Shown here: piece by piece, positions 17,844-27,391 of the stretch
How the letters are laid out: every line of letters starts with the position of its first letter
Position numbering within the stretch: the stretch's first letter is position 1
Assembly: GCA_964579655.1 (NCBI GenBank)
Contig: CAZOGN010000001.1
Coordinates: 36,097 to 100,096, forward strand
Source of the DNA: an uncultured Lachnospiraceae bacterium
GTDB taxonomy: Bacteria; Bacillota; Clostridia; Lachnospirales; Lachnospiraceae
Length of the DNA stretch: 64,000 nucleotides
Reading direction: 5' to 3'
Program-made: the position numbers and the translations under genes
Notes under the pieces: generated by a model
Databases searched by the model: none
What the model was told of the DNA's origin: nothing
What the model saw: the letters and a program-made list of their open reading frames with translations, nothing else

Positions 17844-17988
17844 AGAAAAGAAAGCACTTAAGAATACTATACGTATAAAAAAATCAAATACAAAATTATT
17901 TCTTTTTTTTTCAACTTATTTACTATCCTTTTATTAGAATACTATTATTATTTTCAGATATTATTCTTTTTCATGCATAATAAGCATG

Positions 17989-18017
17989 TTGACTTACAAT
18001 AAAAACAAGTATAAAAT
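17989..18017 (+). promoter_or_regulatory. Sigma-A-type promoter for the DAHP synthase gene
   Basis: TTGACT (17989-17994), 17-nt spacer, TAAAAT (18012-18017), about 45 nt before the ATG. Confidence 0.5.
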
Positions 18018-18061
18018 GATAGGCACAAATTAAAACTGTTAAAGAAAGGCAAGGTAATTAT

Positions 18062-19090
18062 ATGAGTTTTATTTTTAAGAAGAAAGTTATATCTCCTGCA
18101 GAACTAAGACAAGTTCATCCTTTATCATTAAAAGAACAGGAAATAAAACAAAACAGGGACGAGGAAGTTAAAAAAGTCATAAGTGGTGAATCTGATAAGT
18201 TTTTAGTTATAGTTGGTCCATGTTCTGCTGATAATGAAGATTCCGTATGTGATTACGTATCTAGACTTGCAAAAGTACAGGAAAAGGTTAAAGATAAATT
18301 GTTGCTTATACCTAGAATATATACTAATAAACCAAGAACTACTGGTGAAGGTTATAAAGGAATAGCGCATCAACCAGATCCTTATAAAAAGCCTGATTTA
18401 AATGAAGGCCTTAAAGCTATGAGAAAAATGCATGTTCGTGTAATTAGGGAAACTGGACTAACAGGGGCAGACGAGATGTTATATCCTGAAAATACAGCCT
18501 ATATTGAAGATCTTCTTTCCTATGTTGCAATTGGAGCACGTTCTGTTGAAGACCAACAACATCGTCTAGTAACAAGTGGTATGGATTGTGCTGCTGGAAT
18601 GAAAAACCCTACCAGTGGAGATTTCACCGTTATGCTAAATTCTATAGAAGCTGCTCAAAGAGGATATACTTTTTTATATCGTACCTATGAAGTTGAAACT
18701 ATAGGTAATCCATATGCCCACGCAATACTTCGTGGTGCTGTGAATAAGCATGGAAGTTCACTTCCAAATTATCACTATGAAGACCTAATATTACTTTACA
18801 ACATGTATAAAGAAAGAGATGTAAAAAATCCATCTTTAATTATAGACGTTAATCATGCTAATTCTAACAAGGATTATTCACAACAACCAAGAATTGTCCA
18901 TGAAATTATGCATAATAGAAAAATCAACACTGACTTAACTCAATTAATTAAAGGTGTTATGATTGAAAGTTACATTGAATCAGGAAGACAAGATCTACAT
19001 AATCACACATATGGTAAGTCTATCACTGATCCATGCTTAGGTTGGGATGAATCGGAAAAATTGATATATTCGATTGCAGATATAGTATAA
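18062..19090 (+). CDS. 3-deoxy-7-phosphoheptulonate (DAHP) synthase, class I alpha (E. coli AroF/G/H type)
   Basis: Collinear with E. coli AroG landmarks: LVIVGPCS, KPRTTGEGYKG, IGARSVEDQQHR, KNPTSGD, ILRG, IDVNHANS, GVMIESYIESG, YGKSITDPCLGW. Confidence 0.9.
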   Translation: MSFIFKKKVISPAELRQVHPLSLKEQEIKQNRDEEVKKVISGESDKFLVIVGPCSADNEDSVCDYVSRLAKVQEKVKDKLLLIPRIYTNKPRTTGEGYKGIAHQPDPYKKPDLNEGLKAMRKMHVRVIRETGLTGADEMLYPENTAYIEDLLSYVAIGARSVEDQQHRLVTSGMDCAAGMKNPTSGDFTVMLNSIEAAQRGYTFLYRTYEVETIGNPYAHAILRGAVNKHGSSLPNYHYEDLILLYNMYKERDVKNPSLIIDVNHANSNKDYSQQPRIVHEIMHNRKINTDLTQLIKGVMIESYIESGRQDLHNHTYGKSITDPCLGWDESEKLIYSIADIV

Positions 19091-19108
19091 GCCTTTTTAT
19101 TTATTAAA

Positions 19109-19717
19109 TCATATAAATGTTTTTAAGATTGCTCTTAAAACAAATGAGCCTAAGTAGGTTTCCATTAGGGAGCCAATAAGTAGAAAGATTCCTAATACAA
19201 ATACAAATATCAGATATTTACCAACAGTTTCAAGACGTTTTTTCTTATAAATACCATTGAAATATAAGTTTTTACAAAGCCAATAACCCCCTTGTAAACT
19301 TATAAATATAAGTGGTATATAAATTAAAAACTGTGGGAATGTATATCCAATTAATAGTGAAATTCCTTTTAACTTATATCCCATTAATAAAACTGTAATT
19401 AGAAATCCTGCCTTAAATCCATAAAAAATCAAAACAAGCCCAATACTAGTGATTCCTATTTTGGTAAAACTAAGACCCCATATTATAAAATAATTTCTGA
19501 AATTTTTCCACAACACATAACTTCTGAGTAATTTATAATCTATCTCCATATTTACTATTAAATTAAAGTAACTTAGATTTAGCAAGTCTAATTCATTCCA
19601 ATAAAAACCCTTGAATATTCTTGCTATTAAAACACCTATCACTAGTCCAACTATAAAAATAATTAGGCCTGTCTTTCTTTCACCATACTTTTTCATAAGG
19701 ATATTAATATATTTCAT
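19109..19717 (-). CDS. spoIIM: Stage II sporulation protein M-like membrane protein
   Basis: About 200 aa with 5 TM segments. The PQFLIYIPLIF and METYLGSF segments parallel B. subtilis SpoIIM (PQNLIVIPAYL, FEAYLSP). Confidence 0.55.
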   Translation of the reverse strand: MKYINILMKKYGERKTGLIIFIVGLVIGVLIARIFKGFYWNELDLLNLSYFNLIVNMEIDYKLLRSYVLWKNFRNYFIIWGLSFTKIGITSIGLVLIFYGFKAGFLITVLLMGYKLKGISLLIGYTFPQFLIYIPLIFISLQGGYWLCKNLYFNGIYKKKRLETVGKYLIFVFVLGIFLLIGSLMETYLGSFVLRAILKTFI

Positions 19718-19827
19718 TATTAAATCATACCTTTCTTCCTTTTATACTTACTTTTTTATAAATAGGCATGTATATCTTATAGTATGAATTATAAATAGAA
19801 TTAATACCGATAATTATGTATGATAAA

Positions 19828-19860
19828 GGGACGCTAGATAGTAATAATATCTAGCGCCCC
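19828..19860 (-). terminator. Rho-independent terminator after the aminotransferase gene
   Basis: GC-rich 13-bp stem (GGGGCGCTAGATA/TATCTAGCGTCCC on the minus strand, one mismatch) followed by TTTAT. T-rich on the plus side too. Confidence 0.65.
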
Positions 19861-19881
19861 TTTTAAGGTCTTATTCAACCA

Positions 19882-21081
19882 TTATTGTAAATCTGTTAAA
19901 AACTTTTCTATCCTATCCATTCCTTTTTTTATTTCTTCAATGGAAACGGAATAAGACAGTCTAATATAATCTGCGGCTCCAAAATCCATACAAGGTACAA
20001 CGGCTACATTATAATCATTAATTAGTATATCCGCTAATCTACTAGTTGTAGCAACCTTTTCTTCTTTATATATTTTTTCTAATGCCTTACTAGAATCAAT
20101 AAATACATAAAAAGCACCCTGAGGTTCAGTTGAGCTTACATAAGGCATATCTTTAATTCTGCTTACAATATATTTTCTTCTTTCATCAAATTCTTTACAC
20201 ATCTTAACTACTGCATCCTGAGGTCCATTAATAGCCTCCGTAGCTGCAACTTGTGCAATTGAATTAGGGTTGGATGTTTGGTGGGACTGTACACTAGACA
20301 TTACTTTTGCTATTTCGATACTTGAGCCTGTATAGCCAATCCTCCATCCTGTCATAGCATAACTTTTTGACACTCCACTACAAGTAATTGTTCTTTTATA
20401 TATTTCATCATTTAATGAAGCGATACTAACATGTTCTAATCCATTGTAGACTAAATATTCATACATTTCATCAGCTACAACATATATATCTTTCTCAACT
20501 ACTACGTCAGCAATAGCTTCTAATTCTTCTCTTGTATAAATTACTCCCGTAGGATTGCTTGGAGAATTTAGAATAAGTGCTTTGGTTTTACTTGTACAAG
20601 CATCTGATAATTGCTTAGCAGTTATTTTAAAATTGTTTTCTTTTGTTGTTTCCACAAATACTGGCTTTCCACCTGCTAATTTAACAATTTCAGGATAACT
20701 TAGCCAAAATGGTGACGGTATTATTACTTCATCATCAGGATTAACAATTGCTTGAAATATATTGGTTAATGAATGCTTTCCACCATTACTTACAACAATT
20801 TGATTTTGATTATATGAAATGTTATTATATTCCTTAAACTTTTTACAAATAGCTTCTTTTAAACTAACAGTTCCTGAAGCTGGTGTATATTTTGTAAAGC
20901 CGGAATTTATTGCTTCTATTGCTGCTTGGTTTATGTTGTCTGGTGTATTATAATCTGGTTCTCCAGCACCAAATCCAATAACATCAATACCCTTAAGTTT
21001 TAACTCTTTAGCCCTAGCAGTAATAGCTAGTGTTGAAGACGGCTGTACATTTTGTGCTTTTCTCGATAAGTCTAACGACAT
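19882..21081 (-). CDS. Aspartate/aromatic aminotransferase, PLP-dependent class I
   Basis: SKSYAMTGWRIGY Lys motif and NPSNPTG. I place the start at the ATG at 21081 (AGGAGG 7 nt upstream), not the ORF-track 21120. Confidence 0.85.
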   Translation of the reverse strand: MSLDLSRKAQNVQPSSTLAITARAKELKLKGIDVIGFGAGEPDYNTPDNINQAAIEAINSGFTKYTPASGTVSLKEAICKKFKEYNNISYNQNQIVVSNGGKHSLTNIFQAIVNPDDEVIIPSPFWLSYPEIVKLAGGKPVFVETTKENNFKITAKQLSDACTSKTKALILNSPSNPTGVIYTREELEAIADVVVEKDIYVVADEMYEYLVYNGLEHVSIASLNDEIYKRTITCSGVSKSYAMTGWRIGYTGSSIEIAKVMSSVQSHQTSNPNSIAQVAATEAINGPQDAVVKMCKEFDERRKYIVSRIKDMPYVSSTEPQGAFYVFIDSSKALEKIYKEEKVATTSRLADILINDYNVAVVPCMDFGAADYIRLSYSVSIEEIKKGMDRIEKFLTDLQ

Positions 21082-21127
21082 TACATTCCTCCTATTTAGT
21101 AGACCAAAGTCTATGAACATTTCTCAT

Positions 21128-21156
21128 ATTTTATTACATAACGCATTATATTGCAA
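21128..21156 (-). promoter_or_regulatory. Sigma-A-type promoter for the aminotransferase gene
   Basis: Minus strand: TTGCAA (21156-21151), 17 nt, TAAAAT (21133-21128). Confidence 0.45.
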
Positions 21157-21157
21157 G

Positions 21158-21198
21158 TTAAAAAAGCTAAAACCTAATAAACTTAGATTCTAGCTTTT
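21158..21198 (-). terminator. Rho-independent terminator after rny
   Basis: 12-bp stem (21166-21177 / 21183-21194, two G-U pairs on the minus-strand RNA) followed by TTTTTT. Confidence 0.6.
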
Positions 21199-21210
21199 AA
21201 AATCAATTTT

Positions 21211-22767
21211 TTATTTTGCGTAATCTGAATATCTAGATTCTCTAATTAAATTAACTTTAATTTGTCCTGGATATTCCATTTCTGTTTCAATCATCTTTGC
21301 GACATCTCTTGCTAGTAAAATCATTTCCTCATCAGTAATTTGTTCTGGTATAACCATAACTCTGACTTCTCTACCTGCTTGAATAGCGAAAGACTTCTCC
21401 ACTCCCTTAAAGCTGTTAGTAATATCTTCCAACTGTTTTAATCTGTTCGTATATGTTTCTAATGTTTCTCTTCTTGCACCTGGTCTAGCAGCTGATATTG
21501 TATCTGCAGCCTGAACCAAGCATGCAATTAGTGTTTCTGGCTCTACGTCTCCATGATGTGATTCCACAGTATTAACTATAATTGCTGATTCTTTATATCT
21601 TCTACATAAATCAGCACCTATTTGAATATGTGAGCCTTCAATCTCATGATCAACTGATTTACCAATGTCATGTAATAATCCTGCCCTTTTTGCAATTCTT
21701 ACATCGACACCTATTTCTCCTGCTAGTAAACCTGATAAATGTGCCACTTCGATAGAGTGTTTAAGCGCATTTTGTCCATAACTTGTCCTATATTTCATCT
21801 TACCTAATAGACGCACTAATTCGTTATGAATCCCATGTACTCCAATCTCTAAAGTTGCTTCTTCACCAGCTTCTTTAATAATGGTTTCAACTTCTTTTTG
21901 AGCTTTTTCAACCATCTCTTCAATTCTTGCTGGATGAATTCTACCATCAATTATTAATTTTTCTAGTGCAATCCTAGCGACCTCTCTTCTTATCGGGTCA
22001 AAGCTAGACAAAATTACAGCCTCAGGAGTATCATCAATAATTAAATCGACTCCTGTTAGTGTTTCTAAAGTTCGAATGTTTCGGCCTTCACGACCTATAA
22101 TCCTACCCTTCATTTCATCATTTGGAAGTTGTACAACAGAAATTGTAGTTTCAGACACATGGTCTGCTGCACATCTTTGAATTGCTGTTACAACATATTC
22201 TTTGGCCTTTTTATCAGCCTCTTCCTTTGCTTTATTGTCTAATTCCTTGATTAATAAGGCAGTTTCATGTTTTACATCATTTTCAACAGTTTTTAATAGA
22301 TATTCTTTTGCTTGCTCGGAGGTTAGTCCTGAAATTTTCTCTAGTTGGCTTGTTTGCTGGTCGTAAAGTTCTTTTGTTTCTTTGCTCTTACGATCTAATT
22401 CAGCATCTTTCTCAGCAACTTTTGATTCTTTCCTCTCAAGTGCTTCCGCTTTTCTGTCCAAAGATTCTTCTTTCGCTAGAACTCTCTTTTCGTAGCGTTG
22501 TAGTTCAGTACGTCTTTCTTTAGTTTCCTTTTCAAGCTCATTCTTTCTCTTGATTGAATCTTCTTTTGCTTCTAGTAATGCTTCTCTCTTCTTAGTTTCA
22601 GCTGTTTTTAAAGCTTCATCTATGATTTCTCTTGCTTTTTCCTCTGCTGTTCCTACCTTCTCTTCATAAATCTTTTTTCGGTAAGCTATAGCAATTTTCC
22701 AAACAAGAGGAGCAACTATTACCAAGGTAACTAAAATAGCAACTACTATTTTAAAGAAATCTTGCAC
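21211..22767 (-). CDS. rny: Ribonuclease Y
   Basis: N-terminal TM helix, long coiled coil, KH ([12 protein letters not shown]), HD (LLHDIGK). GTG start with AGGAGG 7 nt upstream. Confidence 0.95.
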   Translation of the reverse strand: MQDFFKIVVAILVTLVIVAPLVWKIAIAYRKKIYEEKVGTAEEKAREIIDEALKTAETKKREALLEAKEDSIKRKNELEKETKERRTELQRYEKRVLAKEESLDRKAEALERKESKVAEKDAELDRKSKETKELYDQQTSQLEKISGLTSEQAKEYLLKTVENDVKHETALLIKELDNKAKEEADKKAKEYVVTAIQRCAADHVSETTISVVQLPNDEMKGRIIGREGRNIRTLETLTGVDLIIDDTPEAVILSSFDPIRREVARIALEKLIIDGRIHPARIEEMVEKAQKEVETIIKEAGEEATLEIGVHGIHNELVRLLGKMKYRTSYGQNALKHSIEVAHLSGLLAGEIGVDVRIAKRAGLLHDIGKSVDHEIEGSHIQIGADLCRRYKESAIIVNTVESHHGDVEPETLIACLVQAADTISAARPGARRETLETYTNRLKQLEDITNSFKGVEKSFAIQAGREVRVMVIPEQITDEEMILLARDVAKMIETEMEYPGQIKVNLIRESRYSDYAK

Positions 22768-22823
22768 AGTAGCACCTCCTTATTAAATTTTTATTATTTA
22801 AACTTATAAATCATAACATTTAA

Positions 22824-22852
22824 ATTTTATACTTTAATTGACTAAATGTCAA
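22824..22852 (-). promoter_or_regulatory. Sigma-A-type promoter for rny
   Basis: Minus strand: TTGACA (22852-22847), 17 nt, TAAAAT (22829-22824). Confidence 0.5.
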
Positions 22853-22922
22853 GCAAAGAGATTTCAAGCTAATTAGTTTGCACAAACATTTTTCCTAAAT
22901 ACTATCTCTTTGATTAATATAA

Positions 22923-24368
22923 CTAAAGCATAGCTTTGCCAAAATAATAAAAGCCTTTACCTTCTATTAGTTTTACAGGTATTACTTTTCCAATAAAACT
23001 TGCATCCCCCGGAAAATGAACTAAAGTATTATTACTAAGTCTTCCTGTTACCAGAGATGAATCTTGTTCATTAATCTCTTCGACTAGAACCTTGCCTATG
23101 GTCCCCAATAATTTTGACGACTTATTAGAAGAAACTTCTTTCATTGTAGCAAGTAATCTATCAAATCTATCTTGTACTATTTTTTGTTCAACCTGATTTT
23201 CCATTGTGGCTGCTGGTGTTCCCGTTCTTTTTGAATATTGAAAGGTAAAGGCACTATCAAACTTTACTTTTCTAACAATATCTAAAGTTTCTAAAAAATC
23301 CTCTTCTGTTTCACCTGGAAAACCAATAATAATATCAGTTGTTAATGAAATACCTGGTACTGCTTCTTTAATTTTTCTTATTAATTCCAAATATTTTTCT
23401 TTTGTATACTTACGATTCATTATTTTAAGCAGTCTACTACTTCCTGACTGTAATGGTAAGTGCAAATGTTCACATATCTTATTAGAATTTTTCATAACTA
23501 AAATAAGCTCATCAGATAAATCCTTAGGATGAGAAGTCATAAAGCGAATTCTTTCAAGATTATCAATTTTTTCTATATCAATAAGTAAATCTGCAAAACT
23601 AATAGGCTCCTCTAAAGACTTGCCATATGAATTAACATTTTGCCCAAGAAGTGTTATCTCCACTACTCCATCAGCTACTAGCTTTTCAATTTCAGCTAGA
23701 ATATCTTCGGGATTCCTACTTCTTTCCCTACCTCTAACATAAGGTACAATACAATAACTACAAAAATTATTGCAACCATACATTATATTTACACCAGCTT
23801 TGAATTCGTATTTTCTCTCACTAGGTAATTCCTCTACTATTTCATTTGTACCTTCCCATACATCAATAATCATTCTATTAGATTCTTGTTCTAAATATAA
23901 TAACTCGGCTAATTTGTAAATGTTATGTGTACCAAACACAATATCAACAAATGGATAGCTTTTTTTAATTTTTTCTACAACTGTAGGTTCTTGCATCATA
24001 CACCCACAAATTGAAATGATCATATTTGGGTTTTTTTCTTTTAACTTACCCAAATATCCAAGTCTTCCATATACCTTTAAATTAGCGTTTTCTCTAACAG
24101 TACAGGTATTATATATTACAAAGTCTGCCTCTTCTGAATCAGAAGGTACATATCCTATCTCTTCTAGTATTCCAGCTAGTTTTTCTGAATCTTTTGCATT
24201 CATTTGACAACCAAAGGTTTGAATACTATATGTAAATTGTCTAGTTGCTTTTTTTGTTGTCTTTTTTAGTTGTTTGTTTAAAGCTGCCATAAAGTAGTAC
24301 TGTCTATATGGCTCCTTATCGGGAGCCTGATTAAAAATCTCATTGTTTAATGTCAATTGTGATTCCAT
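22923..24368 (-). CDS. miaB: tRNA-2-methylthio-N6-dimethylallyladenosine synthase
   Basis: UPF0004 domain (TFGCQMN), radical-SAM CSYCIVPYVRG, C-terminal TRAM. Confidence 0.9.
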   Translation of the reverse strand: MESQLTLNNEIFNQAPDKEPYRQYYFMAALNKQLKKTTKKATRQFTYSIQTFGCQMNAKDSEKLAGILEEIGYVPSDSEEADFVIYNTCTVRENANLKVYGRLGYLGKLKEKNPNMIISICGCMMQEPTVVEKIKKSYPFVDIVFGTHNIYKLAELLYLEQESNRMIIDVWEGTNEIVEELPSERKYEFKAGVNIMYGCNNFCSYCIVPYVRGRERSRNPEDILAEIEKLVADGVVEITLLGQNVNSYGKSLEEPISFADLLIDIEKIDNLERIRFMTSHPKDLSDELILVMKNSNKICEHLHLPLQSGSSRLLKIMNRKYTKEKYLELIRKIKEAVPGISLTTDIIIGFPGETEEDFLETLDIVRKVKFDSAFTFQYSKRTGTPAATMENQVEQKIVQDRFDRLLATMKEVSSNKSSKLLGTIGKVLVEEINEQDSSLVTGRLSNNTLVHFPGDASFIGKVIPVKLIEGKGFYYFGKAML

Positions 24369-24391
24369 AAATCCTCCAAAGTCTATATTTC

Positions 24392-25636
24392 CTATCTTAT
24401 ATGTCCATTACCTAAAATAATATATTTAGTTGTTGTAAGTGCATTTAGCCCCATTGGGCCTCTTGCATGTAGTTTTTGTGTGCTAATGCCTATTTCAGCT
24501 CCAAGTCCAAATTCAGCACCATCAGTAAATCTTGTTGATGCATTAACATAAACTGCTGCTGCATCTACTTCATTAAGAAACTTCATAGAATTATTATAAT
24601 TTTCAGTAACTATAGTTTCAGAATGCTTAGTATTATAATAATTAATATGGGCTATAGCTTCATCTATAGAATCTACAATCTTAAGTGAAATAATTCTATC
24701 TAAATACTCTGTTGCATAATCTTCTTCTTTAGCTGGAAGGATATCTGCAACAATTTGCCTAGATAGTTCATCACCACGTAGCTCTATTTTGTTAGCACTT
24801 AGTTCTTTATATAAGATTGGTATAAAATCTTTTGCTACTTCTTTATCAATTACTAATGACTCACAAGCGTTACATACTCCAAGTCTTTGTGTCTTTGCAT
24901 TTATAATTATATCTAAGGCCATTTTAAAATCTGCATATCTATCCACATATGTATGACAATTTCCTGTTCCTGTTTCTATAACTGGAATCGTGGAGTTTTC
25001 TATAACAGATTTGATCAATCCTGCCCCACCTCTTGGTATTAAAACATCAATATATTGATTTAACTTCATCATTTGGCCAGCAACTTCCCTACTTGTATCT
25101 TCTATCAATTGAATTGCATAGATAGGTAAGCCTGCTACTTCTAAAGCTTCTTGTATTACTTCTACTATTGCCTTATTAGAATTAATAGCATCACTTCCAC
25201 CACGTAAGACAACAGCATTATTTGTCTTAAAACATAAGCCGAAGGCATCTGCCGTCACATTAGGTCTTGATTCATATATAATACCAATTACACCCATAGG
25301 AACCCTCATCTGACCAATCCTTAATCCATTTGGGCGTTCCTTCATAGATGATATTTCTCCAATTGGATCTTCAAGTTCTGCAACATCTAACAAACCTGAA
25401 GACATTCCATTTATTCTATCATGATCTAAGGATAATCTATCTATTAATGATTCCTTCATTCCATTTTTTTTAGCATTTTCAATATCAACTTTATTTGCAT
25501 TTAAAATATAATCTTCATGTTTAGCAATTGCTTTACTAACTTCATAAAGTCCTTTTATTTTTTCCTTTTGACTTAATTTATTCAATATTGTAGCAGCATC
25601 TTTTGCTTTTTTCCCTAAATCTAATAAATAATCCAT
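24392..25636 (-). CDS. proA: Gamma-glutamyl phosphate reductase
   Basis: Aldehyde dehydrogenase fold with [15 protein letters not shown] and CNACESL motifs. 414 aa. Confidence 0.95.
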   Translation of the reverse strand: MDYLLDLGKKAKDAATILNKLSQKEKIKGLYEVSKAIAKHEDYILNANKVDIENAKKNGMKESLIDRLSLDHDRINGMSSGLLDVAELEDPIGEISSMKERPNGLRIGQMRVPMGVIGIIYESRPNVTADAFGLCFKTNNAVVLRGGSDAINSNKAIVEVIQEALEVAGLPIYAIQLIEDTSREVAGQMMKLNQYIDVLIPRGGAGLIKSVIENSTIPVIETGTGNCHTYVDRYADFKMALDIIINAKTQRLGVCNACESLVIDKEVAKDFIPILYKELSANKIELRGDELSRQIVADILPAKEEDYATEYLDRIISLKIVDSIDEAIAHINYYNTKHSETIVTENYNNSMKFLNEVDAAAVYVNASTRFTDGAEFGLGAEIGISTQKLHARGPMGLNALTTTKYIILGNGHIR

Positions 25637-25660
25637 ATAATCTTCCTTCCTTCCGAAATC

Positions 25661-26215
25661 TTAATAAATAGTTTTCTTTGGACTTATAATACTGTCTAGT
25701 TTAACATCATACTCATCAACTGGTATCTCTCTTATAATTTGAAAATCAAAGGCTAATGCAATTTTATGAAAATTCACATGTTTATATTCTTTAAAATACT
25801 TATCATAATAGCCTCTGCCATATCCAATTCTGTTTTTGTTTTTATCAAAAGCCAGACCTGGAACAATAAATAAGTCACCTTCTTTGGGAATTGCTAATTC
25901 CTTAGTAACTGGTTCTAATATACCCATTGTGCCCGCTCTTAAGTTGTCTAATGAATTAATAAAATAAAAACACATTTTATTATCTACTATCTTTGGAACT
26001 GCAATTTTTTTCTGTCCTAAATTACCTTTTATTAAACTTGTAGTATTTACTTCCTGATTAAAGGAGACATATGTAAAAATCGTGTGGCAATCTTTGTATT
26101 CTTTAGTATTTAAAAGTTTGTTAATAATAATATTACTCTTACTTTTAATTTCTTCTATAGGATAATTAAGTTTTTTTTCACTAATTTGTTTTCTAATTTC
26201 CTTTTTATTTATCAA
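25661..26215 (-). CDS. 5-formyltetrahydrofolate cyclo-ligase (MTHFS)
   Basis: KKEIRKQI..., VPGLAFDKNKNRIGYGRGYYDKY motif. The ORF is open to 26266. A TTG at 26215, overlapping the upstream stop, is the more likely start. Confidence 0.7.
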   Translation of the reverse strand: MINKKEIRKQISEKKLNYPIEEIKSKSNIIINKLLNTKEYKDCHTIFTYVSFNQEVNTTSLIKGNLGQKKIAVPKIVDNKMCFYFINSLDNLRAGTMGILEPVTKELAIPKEGDLFIVPGLAFDKNKNRIGYGRGYYDKYFKEYKHVNFHKIALAFDFQIIREIPVDEYDVKLDSIISPKKTIY

Positions 26216-26432
26216 TATTGTCTGATCCTTTCTTAGACAATGAAGTGATTGAACCATCCTTCTCAACTATAGATACATTTTCTAACTGACCTCTTAGGTT
26301 TCTTCTAACTGATTGAATATATATTTCTCTAAGTTCTTTTTGCTCTTTTTTCTCTTCAGGAGTAAGACCACATTCTTTAGATTTTCTATAAAGCTCATTA
26401 ATTCTATCTAAATTAAGTCCATTATTGTTCAT
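26205..26432 (-). CDS. DUF896 / UPF0291 (YnzC-like) small protein
   Basis: INELYRKSKECGLTPEEKKEQKELREIYIQSVRRNLRGQL matches the DUF896 helical hairpin pattern. Confidence 0.7.
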   Translation of the reverse strand: MNNNGLNLDRINELYRKSKECGLTPEEKKEQKELREIYIQSVRRNLRGQLENVSIVEKDGSITSLSKKGSDNIDK

Positions 26433-26480
26433 TTTGTCACCTTCTTTTTTATTACTCTTTGCCTTACATTATTAAACTTA

Positions 26481-27338
26481 CTAACACCTATTATACTGGG
26501 GTGCTTTTATATAGTCTAACAAAACAAAATTGTTGTTTTTATGTGCAGTAAATAATGTGCCCACTTTTTCGCCATTTATAATATCTTCTACGATGTAAAA
26601 GTCTTGTCCATTGGCTATAACCATATCAGCCCCTGAATCAGTAGCGATTCTGGCAGCAGATATCTTAGTAGCCATTCCGCCTGTACCTAATGAGCCATTA
26701 GTTCCTTTGCACATCTCTTCTAATTCTTTATCTATGTACTCTACATATTCAATAAATTTTGCTTTTTTATTTACATTTGGATCATCTGTAAATAGGCCAT
26801 CTATATCGGAAAGTAGTATTAATAAATCTGCATTTATTAATGCTGTAACTATGGCTGACAAAGTGTCATTATCACCAAATTCAATTTCATCTGTAGATAC
26901 AGTATCGTTTTCATTTACAATTGGAATCACTCCCATTTGAAAAAGTGCTTCAAATGTATTATAAGCGTTATCCCTACTTATAGGGTCAATCATAGTATGT
27001 TTAGTCATTAAAATCTGCGCTGGAGTTTGGTTATACTCCGCAAATAGCTTTTGATATACCATCATTAATCTTGTTTGCCCAACAGCTGCACAAGCTTGAT
27101 TTAATGATTTTTCCTTTGGTTTTTCTGAAATATTCAGGGCTTGTCTACCTACGGCAATTGCACCTGATGATACAAGAACTACGTCCTTACCCATATTTCG
27201 CAAGTCTGTAAGAATTCTAACTAGCTTCTCCATCTTTACTAAATTAATTGAACCAGTCTCAGGATGAGTTAGAGAGCTAGAGCCAATCTTTATTATAATC
27301 CTCTTTTTATCTTTAAAAGTTTCCCTGTGATTTTTCAT
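26481..27338 (-). CDS. proB: Glutamate 5-kinase (short form, no PUA domain)
   Basis: IIKIGSSSLT, VSSGAIAVG, DNDTLSA and GTGGMATK motifs. 285 aa. Confidence 0.9.
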   Translation of the reverse strand: MKNHRETFKDKKRIIIKIGSSSLTHPETGSINLVKMEKLVRILTDLRNMGKDVVLVSSGAIAVGRQALNISEKPKEKSLNQACAAVGQTRLMMVYQKLFAEYNQTPAQILMTKHTMIDPISRDNAYNTFEALFQMGVIPIVNENDTVSTDEIEFGDNDTLSAIVTALINADLLILLSDIDGLFTDDPNVNKKAKFIEYVEYIDKELEEMCKGTNGSLGTGGMATKISAARIATDSGADMVIANGQDFYIVEDIINGEKVGTLFTAHKNNNFVLLDYIKAPQYNRC

Positions 27339-27391
27339 TTCTTCCCTTTCTATGTATGTAGGTATTTATATTATACTTCTTATAAGTCTTT

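Noticed and set aside
26611-26940. Plus-strand 109-aa ORF inside proB. Similar antisense ORFs occur at 29969-30313, 37808-38134, 36534-36752, 33113-33495, 11355-11561, 3466-3735, 4531-4752, 4990-5223 and 6160-6342, and at 8053-8391 on the minus strand inside the GntR gene.
   Set aside because: All are fully embedded antisense to strongly supported genes, lack RBS signals and show no recognisable motifs.
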